Shown here: positions 25,405 through 38,699 of the stretch, piece after piece
How the letters are laid out: each line of letters starts with the position of its first letter
How positions within the stretch are numbered: position 1 is the stretch's first letter
Assembly (NCBI GenBank): GCA_973895155.1
Contig: OZ316895.1
Span: 19,022,508-19,086,507, forward strand
Direction: 5' to 3'
DNA length: 64,000 nucleotides
Origin: Marsupella aquatica
Taxonomy: Eukaryota > Plantae > Marchantiophyta
Made by a program: the position numbers and the translations under genes
The notes under the pieces: generated by a model
What the model was told of the DNA's origin: nothing
Databases searched by the model: none
Seen by the model: the letters and a program-made list of their open reading frames with translations, nothing else

Positions 25405-28400
25405 TGTGATGCCTAGACAGGAATCACTCGGCCGGTTAAGTGGGTAAAGCAGGAAGGCACCCTAGGAACACCTTAGTATAGTGACAAAACAAGGAAAATA
25501 TAAACAATTAGGGGCAACCATGGAACCCGGGCAGAGGCCGGAGGTAAGGCTGAGGGTGAAAACCCGATTAGGGTTAGGGCGCGTTAAGCGTCGGCGGCTA
25601 GGAAGGATCAACGGGAAGAAGGACCGGCAGAGGAGAGGGGTAAGGAGCGCTTGCAGGAGATGGTGGCTCATTTGCGAGCACGAACTAGGCAGACGACTAC
25701 GGGAGGCCAACTACTGTCAGCTGCTTAGGCAAGCACTCGGGGAGAGAGTAGATACCGACGATCAACCTAAGGAGGGTATGAGCAACGTCAATCAAGCGGC
25801 ACATTTTTGGGGATGCCTGTTCGAACGGGCAACTGAGTACATCAAGACTTACGAGGACGAGGAGTCAGAAAGGGCAGCTCGAGAACGGCAGGAGCTCGCT
25901 CGATTGTGGGAGCTGCAGAAGATGGCTTTCTTAGGAGGCGAACTCATCAAGGACGAGTTCCTGTGGACGCCTACTTCCAATCAACTCGACGATCTTCTGT
26001 TTTGCAAAGACAGCGTCGTCGGCATCCGAGAGGCCATCAAGAACTGCAACGACATACACTAGGAATTAAAGGGTAGCACGGAAAGGTGGACCCAGGCAAC
26101 GGTGCTAGGAGAAACCTCCACGGCAGTAGAGATGAAGAGGAAGGGAGCCGTCAACGATGAAGCCACCCCGGCAAAAAGAACGAGGTCGGCGGCACCAAAG
26201 AAGCCAGCCGAGCAGCAGAGCAGGAGGCAGGGAGAAGCCGAAGAGGAGGAGGTCGATCCCATCAAGGCCATTCCAACCAGGGATGACACCTGGAAGGGCT
26301 GGGCGGCAACCCTACCGGTGGAGGTGCAACTACATTTTGCACGGGAGGAGGATGCATGCTTTACGGCCATGCAGACCAAGAAGTACCAAGGCTTCATGGC
26401 CGGATCCGGCTTGGAGGCCTTTGTAAGATTACCATGGCTGAAGCCGGAGGTACCGGAGTCAGACCTATTAGAATTCGTGGGGTCATGGGAACCCGAGACC
26501 AATTGCACGAGGATATATGGGAAGGATTTCTATCTTACTCCCAAGGTGATTGCCGAAGTGTTTGGCCTGCCGATGGGCAATAAGACCAAAGTTGATACCA
26601 GGAAGACCTTGCCTGACAAGGAGTTCCGGTCGTTCCCCGGGCCATCAACGAAGAATGGCTTCTTCCGGAACACCTGCACCAACCCGCACATAGGAGAGAT
26701 GATCGACTTCTTGCGGGTGACCATGCATTGTAACTTGCCGAGGGCAGAGATCGGCAAGGCACAGGTCTATCTGGCAGAAAGGCCAGACCCAAGCCGGGAC
26801 TACAACGGGTACCTCCTCAACCAATTGAAGAAGATCTTAAAGGAGGAGCAGCAGGTAATCGGCATGGGGAGCGTGTCGCGGCTTGGCTATCACATGCCGC
26901 TGTTGTGCCGGTATGCCAGAGGTCAGACTTTTGCCCCGGTACTTCCCCTGCAGGTAAGGGCACCCGAGGAAGCTCCAACGCCGAGGCCGTTGGCTGAGAA
27001 GCCTCAACCACCTGTTAGTCCTACGATCGAGCAGGTGTTTAGGCCCAGGAAGGAAGACTTGCCGATGCAGCAACCAGGCATGCAGAGTCTGCTGAAATTT
27101 GCAGGAATTTCAGGAGCGAATCAAGCAGGAGGAAGAGGCCGCCCTGGCTAAGGAAAAGGATTTACCAGGAGGAGATTGGCCGGAGGACATCAGGCGGCTA
27201 GCCGAAAAAGGAAGCAAACCTCTAGCCACGATTGAAGAGATCCGCAGGACGGCTTGGGAGCAGAGGCCACGATGGGCGATGCCGATCACTTCTACTTACT
27301 CCACCTACGCTAAGAATAGAGCCATGGAGTATGGTGAGATGTGTGGGGAACTTGCGCTCGGCATCTTTGGAGAGGAGTTGGAGGTAGGACCCTTTTTCCA
27401 TAGGGAGCAGTTGGAGAAGCACCAATTAGAAGAAGCGGTGGCTTTAGAGAGAAGCAAGAAGGACGAGGTCATTCGGCGGCTTAGGAGGATGGGAGCCGAG
27501 ATTGAAGATCTAAGGGCGGCCAAGAAAGCCCAAGATGAACTGCGGATTAAACGACATGAGCTGAACATCATGCAGGGGCAGTTGGACGCCGCGCAGGCTG
27601 ATAATCAGAATATCAAGGATAAACTGACTCAGACGCAGGAAGAGTTGGCCGACACAATCAAAGAAAGGGAAAAGTGGAAGCAAGAGCTGAAGAATACAGA
27701 GGAGGCCCACATAACAGCCAACAGCCGGGCCATGGCGGAGACCCAAAGAAAGGAATGGGCGTTGAAAGGGGAGCTCGAGAAAATCCGCGGAGCCCTTGAG
27801 CAGAAGGAAGTCGAGTTAGGGAAATCCTATCAAGGGATTATGGCGCTGCAGCAGGAGCTTGCGTCCCTGACGGCCAGCTTCAAGGCCGACCTAAGGGAGA
27901 AGGACGAGATGCTCGAACAGACTTACGCCAAGATGAACCAGATGGAGTCTGTCATCATTGCAGAGCTCGACAAGGAGCTAAGAGCAACCCAGGAGGAGAA
28001 GGCTACCTTGAAGAAGGAATTGGAGGAAGCCCACAGGGAGCAGGAGGAGGCCAAAAACGAGCTGGAGGGGGCACGTAAGGACCTGGATGAAACCCAAGAG
28101 GAGTTGGAGGAAATCACGAGGAAGATGGAGAACCTACAGCGGCGGGCCGACAACCAAACAGAGCGGCTGAAGAAACAAGCCGCAGTATTTAAATGCTTAG
28201 CTGCAGCAGGTCCATCTCCTGTTGGGACAAACCAGTTACCAGGGGTGGTAATTGCCGAAGGACAAGCCGCCCCACCTGCACCAGTGCCGGAGGTAAGTGG
28301 GAAGGGGAAGGGACCAGCTGCCGAGCCACCAACGAAGAAGAAGCGGAAACCTTCAGGGTCAAGGAGTAATACGACTTCACAGGCCGTGGTGATCAAGGAG

Positions 28401-29603
28401 GTAGACCCAGCACCGACCCCAGACAGGGTCACGGCTAAGGATCCAACTACCCTAGGGGAAGGGGAAGCCGAAGCCGTGGGGTTGGCTGAGGCCGAAGCCG
28501 TGGGGGTGGCTGAAGCCGAAGCCGTGGGAGTTGTCGAGGCTGAAGCCGAAGGTGGACCCAGTCAGGCCGATGGAGAGTTGACTCGGTCAAGGGCAGGTAA
28601 TCTGTCAGTAGGCGGGCCAACGGCAGTGGCTGAGGAGGAAGTGTTGGGGGCGTCCATTGAGGATCCACCACCGGTGTCGTGACGGTGCAAGGGCGCCGTT
28701 CCTTTTAGGGAGGGCGGACGTGGAGGGAGGAGGCGTGAGTGGGCAGGGCGGGCACGGATCTCCACGTTTAGGATTAGGATCAGAACCAGGAGCGGCCCTG
28801 ACACTTAGCTTAGTGGGATTGCGGTCCCACTGGTAGGAGCAACACTTGTGCTCCTGCCTTGCTGTACATAGGTAGATTCGGGCAAGTAGATTACTGTTAA
28901 GTAGATTAGGCTTACGATGCAAAGAATGGCGGATCCACTACCAGGATAAGTACCTGGGCAGCGGGGAGCTCAGGGCCTCTTCTTTAGCAAGTTTTTAGTT
29001 TGCACCAGCCGGGCTGGGATCAAGTAGTACGAGAAGCTCTCGGTTAGTCATACAGTGACCCTTGTGTATATTCATGTTTCCTCATGCCTAAGAGCTGAAT
29101 AGAGTTGGCCTCACGGCTTAGTTCGCAGAACTTGTGTATGAGATGTACTGTTTGTATGGCAAGTGCATGGTATGACTCAGTCAGAATGAGTCATTTTGCT
29201 ATTTGTGTGTCGCATTAACTTGTGTGAAGAGTGCCCACATCAACAGAAGGAAGGAAAGTAAGCAGGGGAGTGAGAGTTGGATGTGTCGAGCTAAGAGAGG
29301 TCTTAGCGGCTTAACCAAGCCTATTGGGGATCATTCCGGCGGCGGAATCCAAACATACCTAACAAGACGGAGGGGAAGACAGGGGAAGACAGGGGAAGGC
29401 CTATATTAGGCCGGCTACGTATCTCATGACCCGATGAAGGATCTGTCCAGTATATGTGTGTAAAATGTTAATAGTAGTAGTAGAAGGTTAGCAGCGTCCC
29501 ATGCCGCTAAGCCGCGGAAACGGCCTCGCCAAGCACGAAACCTGCGGGAATCGGCTTGAGCTGGGGGGTTTCTTGGGTTTAGGGAGCCATGGGACGCACC
29601 ACA
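25405..29603 (+). mobile_element. Element Y1 (4199 bp): TG...CA element without terminal direct repeats, inserted in B2 gag
   Basis: Ends TGTGATGC...GCACCACA; TSD CAAGT (25400-25404, 29604-29608); B2 gag resumes across it. Confidence 0.93.
25520..28682 (+). pseudogene. Y1 large ORF (plant transposon accessory domain-like region, long coiled coil, low-complexity tail); one stop and one frameshifting deletion
   Basis: ORFs 25481..26062, 26102..27151 and 27099..28682 are collinear with the 977-aa Y3 ORF. Confidence 0.8.
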
Positions 29604-30190
29604 CAAGTCAACGACCATGTCGTTGAAAGCATCCACATGGTCTTGAAACTTCGTACCGGATTCCTTCATCCTAAAACTCATCAGCTTGTAGGAATGTAGA
29701 GCCGGTTCGACAACTCCTTGCGGTGATACTTGCTCTGCAATTCCGCAAATAAGGACATGCAATCCTTATGTGCACCCAACTGCTTGATTATAGGAGGCAT
29801 GAGATAGAGTGTAACACATCACACTCCCTGCTCCTGCATGCGGTCCCATTGTTTCTCATCAACATCATCTTCACGAGGGCTCAGCAGTTGGCCCATCCCT
29901 GACGCATAAAGCACTCCCTTCACCTGCTTCTCCCATAGCAAGTAGTCAGAGCGCCCATCATACTTTGTCACTTCATACTTGGGTCCCCCAAGCTTGAAAG
30001 TCCCCATCTTCTTCTTTGGCACTACCTTGAGCTCCGGTAGTAGTACTGCTTTCTCCACCACACGCCGCACCGGTGATGGTATCGGTGTCACGTGCTCTTC
30101 CTCCTGCTCCTCTCTCTGCCCCTGAAACCTCCGCGGTGATCCTCGTGCTTCAAGTTCCACGTCTTCAAAAAACTCCTCCAAATCACTCAT
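29604..30190 (-). pseudogene. gag: B2 gag 5' part
   Basis: MSDLEEFFED...KYEVTKYDGRSDYLLWEKQVKGVL (Copia Gag N-terminal motif). Confidence 0.9.
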
Positions 30191-31694
30191 ATGAGAAAAT
30201 CACAAAAAATGTTTTTTTTCACAACTTCTCAAAAAACTCGAAACTCAACACCGCCGCGTAGCCCACAAAGCTAGGAGTCCAATACTGAAAACCGAAATCA
30301 AAATTGAAATTTGATAGAAAAGTTATTCAAATTTTGGTCGAGGTGGGTAAAACCTTGGGAAACTCCCCCGTTTTGACCACCTCAGGGAATAATCGAAATA
30401 CCAAGTACAACCCGTTGTCGGAATTGCGATGTGATTGGTGCGCCACGTTGCCAACTTCAATGGCTACGACCTCGCCGAAAAATAACCAAAAAATTTACCG
30501 TTCGACGGATGAAATCTTTGTCGGACGGTAAAAAATAGCTCTCTGGTTTTTTGGAATTTTGGAAGAACAATCGAGGGGCTGACACATGTCCTCGAACCCC
30601 CAAAACCCCCTACCACCCTTCGTCGTCGAAATCTGGTCGCGTGCGCAGAAAATACACACGGTAGAATATACCCCTCGACACCAAACGCAAGATATCTCAC
30701 TCGGGTTTTGACGAAATCAAGATCTGATTTCAGATTTGGAAACTAGACTCCGAGGCGGTGAAGATCGATATAAGAAGCACCCAAAACGAGGAAAGAACAA
30801 GGGAGAAAAAAATTGGTAAAGATGACAGATTTCTCTCAATTGCCATAGCCAATTTCGAATCAGTTTTTCAAAGAGAAAAAAATGGTACTTTGTCAACAAG
30901 GAATGTTGATCAATTGCACTTGGTGCCGTCACCAAGTCCAACAAGGTAATTGATTTTGCTTAGCCTTCCTCTTTGCATCAAAGAGCCAATCCCGAACTCA
31001 AAACAATCATCTTGTCTCAATCTCTTCGTTGAGTCAAAACACTTGACGCTTCTCCCTCCGAGTCGATTGCCAACTTTCTTCACAAAATCTAAAATGATGA
31101 AAACTTAGATCTCTCTGCACCACGAGTTCCGTTCAGCGATTTCTTCACACCGTTAGAAAGCTCTTGCCCTGATCTATCCGTTGAGCCCATAAACTCCAAG
31201 TTCCATGCGACGGAACTCTGGGAAATCCACCGACACTCAACGCTGGAAAAACCGTCATGAAATCCCGTCACGAACACACGTCACCTCCCAAGCATGCTCT
31301 GATACCAATTGTTGAGCATAGACGACGATCGTAACGGCAAGCCCATGAACCATCCAACGCACAATAGTCGACACAAGAGATACGTGGTTCACCTCCTTGA
31401 GGCTACGTCCACGGGAACACACAAGAGAACTTTATTGAACTCTAAGCCCGTCGGCTATACCGAGTCTCCACAGTGTAAACTCTCCCTATCTCTCAAGTGG
31501 CTCCATAACAATGAGCCTTGGTTCTACCTCTCCAAACACACATGCCTCTTATGATATAGTGTGCAACTTAGTTGTACCTAACCACATAGTTGTACCTAAT
31601 CATGTAGTTGTACCTAACCACGTTGTTGTACCAACCCACGTTGTTGTACCAACCACGTCATACCTAACCTAGACATAAGAGTAAATACCCAACA

Positions 31695-33667
31695 GTACCG
31701 GTATGTTATGGAATCCATCACCGGGGAGTATGTTTGATCAAAGTCTCGGCCGAGGATTTGGGTGTAGCCCTTTGCTACCAAATGAGCTTTGTACCTGATT
31801 ACCTCTCCTTTTGCATTTTGTTTCCTCACAAAAGTGAACTTATAGCCCGTAAGGTGGGTCCCTGCAGGTGCAAGGATTACAGCTCCAAAAACTTTTTGTT
31901 TTATAAGGCCCAGGGGTTGGCCCCGTTTTGCCTTTGGTGTAGTTTCAGTTGCCTGTGCAGCTGTTTGGGAGATTCTTGCGGGTATGTTCGCTGCCGCCGT
32001 GTGTGAACGTGTGACCGTAGCTACATCGTTGAAAGAGTCTGGTAATTTCATGAGCATCTGTTGTAAATGGAGAACCCTTTGCACTCCTTGGTCTGCTTCT
32101 CTGGTCCGGTGGTCATCAGTAAATGGTTTTGTGGGTAGCCATTGTAGGTCTAGTGCTTTGATATGTCCGCTTCTAGCTGGGTCTTCGGTGAGTGTTGGGA
32201 ATTCATCTTCAAAAAATTGACAGTCTTGGAACCTTGCTTTAAAGACGTCTGCTATCGTGGGTTCCAAGTACCTGATGATAGAACGTGAGTCTAGTCCCAC
32301 GTAGATACCTCGTTGTTGCTGAGGTCCCATTTTAGTCCGTTTGGGACCTAGTATTGGGACTAGGACCAGGCATCCGAATGTGCGGAGATGGGTAATGTCT
32401 GGTGGCAGTCTGTATGCCAAGAAGTGGGGGGTTGGGTATTGAAGGAGGATGGCCTTATTCTTAGAAGGGCGGCTGCATGGCCCCAGGCTGAGGCTGGTAA
32501 GTTGGATTGCATTAGTAGGGGTCTGGCCACCATTTGTATGCGTTTTATCACTGATTTGGCAATACCATTCTGAAAATGGACGTGTGGGACCGGGTATTCG
32601 GTGTCTATCCTTGCAGTCTCACAGAAGTCATCAAATGTTTTTGAGGTAAACTCCCCCGCATTATCAACTCTTATGGTTTTGATTGGGTTCTCTAGGAATT
32701 GGTGTTTAAGTTTCAGTATGTGAGATAAGATTCTGGGGAAGACTAAGTTTCGTGTGGAGAGCAAGGAGACCTGTGACCATTTGGTGGAGGCGTCTATAAT
32801 GACCATGAAGTATCGGAATGGGCCGGAGGGTGGGTCAATTGGTCCGCAGAAATTTGCTTGTATCCTCTCTAAAAATTGTGGGATCTGTTGTATGGTTTTT
32901 GATGGTGCAGGCCAAGTCATTATCTTTCCCTGTGAACAAGCAATGCAGAGTCTGCCTGAGGCTAAGGGGTGGACTCCGTGAGGTATGCCCACCGTGGTCT
33001 TCAAAATATTGTGGTACATATTGGTGCCGGGGTGGCCCAGGCGATTATGCCAAATTTGAGTTAAGGTGAGGGTGGGTCGCTCTGTATGGTAAGAGTGTAT
33101 CCACGTGATGTATAAACCAAGAGGATAAATTGGTAAAATCTCTCAAACTCCTCCCCCTGGTTTAGTGTTGTCTAGTATCTGCAGGACTTCCCGGTTGTTG
33201 TAGATGTCTGTATGGATGTGTAGCTTATTTGCACAGATGTTGTTGAAGCTGATTAGGTTCCTTGGGGCCTGGGTGCATAAATTGTCGAGTCGATATAGAT
33301 TGTAGTCCCGTTTGGGAATTTGACTCTGGCCGGGCCATAGCCCTCCTCTATATGGTTAGGTCCTGTTATGGTTGTCATGGATCTGTTGGATGGAGTGATT
33401 CAAAGAAAGTAGTGTCTGTCTCGTAATATTGAGTGAGATGTTCCGTTGTCCACAATGCAATTGCTGTGGTCATTTGGTAGTGATGAGGTAGAGCCTAATT
33501 GGGCGGTGTGGACCTCGGGTACGGCTGGGTCTATTCTATAGCCCTCACTGTCATCTAGGGCCTCCATGTAGTTGCCCTGTGCTCCGTTGGTGGGCTGTTC
33601 CCGGCTTTGCTTATAAAGTGTGACCAGGTGTGCAGGTGTCCGACAGTCTCTTTGTAAGTGTCCCTTG
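31695..33667 (-). pseudogene. pol: Element A: end of zinc knuckle, protease, integrase, RT N-terminus
   Basis: KGHLQRDC, CIVDNGTSHSIL, CIACSQGK, IRVDNAGEFTS, RYKAHLVAKGYTQ, TYSPVMD. Confidence 0.92.
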
Positions 33668-34104
33668 TGTCGCGCCCCTAACCCGGGCCTTAAATCCAGT
33701 TTAGTTCCATGGGGCAACCTCGACCACCAGTAGGGGTGAGGGTTCGGGCAAGGAGGTGTGTAGTGGCCTCAATTAGCCCTAAGTCGGGCTAAGTCAATCT
33801 ACTTACCGGTATAATACTTACGCAACTCATATTGGTCATAGGTATATTTGTTTTCCACCGTTGGAATATTCCCATAGTTAGTGACTCGGACTAACTCCCG
33901 GCTTGGGGCTTTCAAGCCATCAACGCGACAGAACCTTGTAGTATGCAATGGGTGGCAATCCCTACCATTAGTCCACACCCAGTACGTCCCTTGAAATGGC
34001 GCCTTTGCCCATACAAAACACACACAACACCAGCTACACGCGATAGAATCAGAGGGAAAAGACTACATTTACTCAGCAAAGAATCACTTTACATAGTTGA
34101 CTTG

Positions 34105-37100
34105 TGTGATGCCTAACCAGGAATCACTAGGCCGGTTAAGTGGGAAAATGGAAGTATACCCTAGAAACACCTTAGTATAGTTACAAGAATGAGGAAAATA
34201 TAAACAATTAAGGGTGACTATGGAACCCGGGCCGAGGCCGGAAGTAAGGACACCGGGGGAGAGAATACGATTAGGGTTAGGGCGCACTAAGTGTCGGCGG
34301 CTAGGGGTAACCAATGGTAGGAAAGACCAGAGGAGGAGAGGGATAAGGACAGCTCACGAGGAATGGTGGCTCATTTGCAAGCACGAACTGGGCAGACGAC
34401 TACGGGAGGCCAACTACTGTCAGCTGCTTAGACAAACACTCTGGGCGGGAGCAGATACCAACAAATGACTCAACGAGGGTATGAGCAACGTCAATCAAGT
34501 GGCACATTTTTGGGGATGCCTGTTCGAACGGGCAACTGAGTACATTGGGACTTACGAGGATGAAGAATCGGAGAGAGCAGCTCAAGAACAACAAGAGCTA
34601 GCTCGATTGTGGGAGCTGCAGAAATCTGCCTTCTTAGGAGGAGAATTCATCAAGGCCAAGTTCTTGTGGACTCCTAATGCCAATCAGCTTGACGACCTTC
34701 TGTTTTGCGAAAACAGGATCGTCGGCATTCGGGAAGCCATCAACCGCTGCAACGACATACAGTGGGAGTTGAAGGGTAGCATGGAGGGGTGGACAAAGGC
34801 AACCGTGCTAGGAGAAACATCCACGGCAACCGAGATGAAGAGGAAAGGAAACAACAACGAAGAGGCCACCCCGGCAAAAAGAACAAGGTCGGCGGCACCA
34901 AGGAAGCCACCAGAGCAGGGAAGTAGGAGGCAGGCGGAACCCAAAGAGGAGGAGGTCGATCCCATCAATGCCATTCCAACAAAGGATGACACCTGGAAAG
35001 GCTGGGCGGCGACCCTACCAGAAGAGGTGCAACTGCATTTTGCACGGGAGGAGGATGCATGCTTTACAGCCATGCAGACCAAGAAGTATCAGGGCTTCAT
35101 GGCCGGATCCGGCTTGGAAGCCTTCGTAAAATTACCATGGCTGAAGCCGGAGGTGCCGGATTCAAACTTATTAGAATTCGTGGGATCATGGGAGCCCGAG
35201 ACCAATTCCACAAGGGTGTATGGGAAGGATTTCTATCTCACTCCCCGGGTGATTGCCGAAGTGTTTGGCTTGCCGATGGGCAATAAGACCAAGGTAGAGA
35301 CCAGGAAGACCTTGCTAGACAAGGAGTTTCGGTCGTTTCCAAGGCCATCAACAAAGAATGGCTTCTTCCGGAACACCTGCACCAACCCGCACATCGGAGA
35401 TGATGGATTTCTTGCGGGTGACCATGCATTGCAACTTGCCGAGGGCAGAGATCGGCAAGGCACAAGTCTACCTAGCAAAGAGGCCAGACCCAAGCCGGGA
35501 CTACAACGGGTACCTCCTCAACCAACTGAAGAAGATCTTGAAGGAGGAACAGCTGGTGATCGGCATGGGAAGTGTGTCCCGGCTCGGTTATCACATGCTG
35601 CTGTTGTGCCGGTATGCCCAAAGCCAGATATTTGCCTCGGTACTGCCCCTGCAGGGAAGGGCACCAGAGGAAGTTCCGGAACCAAGGCCGGCAACAGAGA
35701 AATTGACCAAGCCCGACAGTCCTACAATCGAGCAGGTGTTTAGGCCGAGGAAGGAGGACTTGCCGATGCAGCAACCAGGCATGCAGAATCTGCTAAAATT
35801 GCTAGAGAAGGAAAGAAGAATGGCAACGGCAACGGGGCCAGCACAGAATACTGCTTCCAAAGTCGGCCTTAGCCAACTTACCAGGGAAAACCCCTTTACC
35901 GGGGCCAAGGAGAGAAGGAGGTCGGAACACAAGCTGGGAGTCCGAATGTATGTAGGAGCTTCAAGTCCCAAAGCCCAGGAGAAGCAGCCCGAGGCCCTTG
36001 GTCACAACAGGGAGAAAATGATATCAACGTGGAAGTCGAAGGATCAAGAACCCGTGATCTGTGGGGTTGTGTTCACGGTAGGGGCAGGAGAACAGAGGGG
36101 GAAGTCGGGAGTCCAAGTAGTGGAGGAGGCGGTGGAGGACTACAGCAATGATAACTCCGGCTATGGGTCGAATCATCATTTTCCAGGAATAAGGACCTGT
36201 GGCAGGTTCATCCCCACTCTTCCAAGAGTAATTCGAGGGGACCCCACCCAACAGAGCAACCTCGAGTCCCCCCCACCAGATGTCGCTCCCCCGAGTTTTG
36301 ATGGCATAAGACAGACGGCACAGGAGTTTCAAGAGCAACTCAGAGAGGAAGAGAAGGCAGCCCTGGATAGGGAGAAAGATTTACCAAGAGGAGATTGGCC
36401 GAAGGACATCAGGTGGCTTGCCAAAAAAAGAAGCAACCCTCTTGCCACCATAGAAGAAATCCGCAAAGCGGCTTGGGAACAGAGGCCGAGGTGGTTGATG
36501 CCGATGACTTCTTCTTACTCCACCTATGCTAAAGATAGAGCCATGGAGTACGGGGAGATGTGTGGGGAACTTGTGCTCAGCATCTTTGGGGAGGAGTTGG
36601 AGGAAAGCACGCTGAAGATGGAGAACTTACAACGGCGGGCCGACAACCAAACGGAGCGGCTGAAGAAACAGGCCACAGTATTTAAGTGCTTGGCTTCCTC
36701 GGGACCAACTCCAATTGGGGCAACCAAGTTACCTGGTGTAGTACTGGCCGAAGGAGAAGCCGAGACACTCGCACCGGTGCCGGAGGTAAGTGGCAAGGAG
36801 AAGGGGCCAGCTGCCAAACCAAAGAAGAAGAAGAAGCGGAAACCTTCTGGGTCAGGGAGTACTACGGCTCCTCAAGCCGTCGTGACCAAGGAGGTAAACC
36901 CAACACCAACCTCCGGCATGGTCACGACAATGGATCCACCTGTCAAGGAAGGTGGGGATGGCAAGGCCGAGGCCAGGACAACTATTGATGAAGCCGTGGA
37001 AGCAAACCCACCACTAGAGCCAGCTGAGGAAACCATAGTCGGGGAGGCCGTGGCCGATACTGATGCTGAAGCCAAAGGTGGACCCAATCAGGCCGATGAA

Positions 37101-38128
37101 GAGTTGACTCGGTCCGGGGAAGGTAATCTGTCAGACGAAGGACCGACGGCAGTGGCTGCGGGGGAAGCGTTGGGGGCATCCATTGAGGATCCACCACCGG
37201 TGTCATGACGGTGCAAGGGCGCCGTTCCTTTTAGGAAGGGCGGACGTGGAGGTAGGAGGCGTGAGTGGGCAGGGCGGGCTCGGATCTCCAAGTTTAGGCT
37301 GAGGATCAGGACCAGGAGATGGCCCTAACACTTAGATTAGTGGGATTGCGGACCCACTGGTAGGAGCAACACTTGTACTCTTGCCTCGCTTTACATAGGT
37401 AGATTGCAGTTAGGTAGATTACAAATAGGATAGATTAAGCTTACGCTGCTAAGAATTGGCGGATCCACTACCAGGATAAGTACCTGGGCAGCGGGGAGTC
37501 CAGGGCCTCTTCTTTAGCAAGTTTTTAGTTGCGCCAGCAGGGCTGGGATCAAGTAGTAAGAGAAGCTCTCGGTTAGTTATACAGTGACCCTTGTGTATAT
37601 TCATGTTTCCTCATGCCTAAGAGCTGAATATAGTTGGCCTCACGGCTTAGTTCGCAGAACTTGTGTATGAGATGTACTGTTTGTATGGCAAGTGCATGGT
37701 ATAACTCAGTCAGAAGGAGTCATTTTGCTATTTGTGTGTCGCATTAACTTGTGTGAAGAGTGCCCACATCAACTAATAGATGAAGGGAAGTAAGCAAAGG
37801 AGTGAGAGTTGGATGTGTCGAGCTGAGAGAGGTCTTAGCGGCTTAACCAAGCCAATTGGGGATCATTCCGGCGGCAGAATCCAAATATACCTAAACAAAA
37901 GGAGGGGAATACAAGGGAAGGCCTAGATTAGGCCGGCTACGTATCTCATGACCCGATGAAAAATCTGTCCAGTATATGTGTGTAAAATGTTAATAGTAGT
38001 AGTAGAAGGAAGTTAGCAGCGTCCCATGCCGCTAAGCCGCAGAAATGGCCTCGCCGAGGACAAAACCTACGGGAATCGGCCTGCGTAGGGGGGTTTCTTG
38101 GGTTTGGGGAGCCATGGGACGCACCACA
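34105..38128 (+). mobile_element. Element Y2 (4024 bp), inserted in X
   Basis: Same ends as Y1; TSD ACTTG (34100-34104, 38129-38133). Confidence 0.93.
34220..37208 (+). pseudogene. Y2 large ORF, frameshifted, coiled coil deleted
   Basis: ORFs 34214..34468, 34481..35743 and 35358..37208. Confidence 0.8.
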
Positions 38129-38699
38129 ACTTGACTTCTAAGGGGGTCAACAGGCCCAACGACAGTCGATGCCCAGTTTCTACGAGGCCCCACCCCGCGC
38201 TTGCCCAGCAAGCTCGACTCTGGCTCTCACTCCTTAGTGCACTCTGACCCTGCTCAAGCCGGGACTTCCCGTGCCTCACCTTTTCTTGCGTTGAGATAAC
38301 TAAGCCTTCCCCCCCTCCCACAGCGGAAGGGGAAGCCTAAATACTACGGTTGTGAAAAGGAATAGGAAGATACTACCTTCCGGGGTAATGCCTATTGACT
38401 AACTACCTTCTGACTAACCGGCCGCACTCCTCTGACCGGTTGACCGTCGGCGGCAAGGGCGCTGACCGGGGCGACAGCACCTAAGTCTACTGACCAAAAT
38501 CTAGTTTGTTGATGGACTCTATCCTATGTTGGCTGATCCTAACTGATCCTGTCCTAATTCCTCCTACTGTGCCGCTAATCGGCGCCTAATGATAGCCCTT
38601 CTGTCGTTAAGCCTAATAAAAAAGATGCTGTTGACTCAACTGCCCCGCGCGGCGCCTGCTTAGACCCTCTGGTAACCACCCCTTATGCGCGTGCTATGG

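Larger units (their letters stand above)
21516..31694 (-). mobile_element. Element B2: sister copy of B1, interrupted by Y1
   Basis: LTRs 21516-21936 and 31310-31694; TSD GTACC; PBS 31296-31307. Confidence 0.97.

Noticed and set aside
25568-25580. TTAGGGTTAGGG in each Y copy as a telomeric seed
   Set aside because: Only two units, lying within the ORF 5' region; insufficient evidence.
27099-28682. Coiled-coil ORF as a host myosin/SMC-like gene or a retroviral envelope
   Set aside because: Lies inside a TSD-bounded repeat present three times; no motor or ATPase motifs, signal peptide or transmembrane segment seen.
15584-31694. B1+B2 as a tandem or segmental duplication
   Set aside because: Separate LTR pairs, different TSDs and unique host RT sequence between them.
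25405-38128. Y1 and Y2 as the two LTRs of one giant element
   Set aside because: Each has its own TSD and lies in a different host; the DNA between them belongs to B2, A and X.
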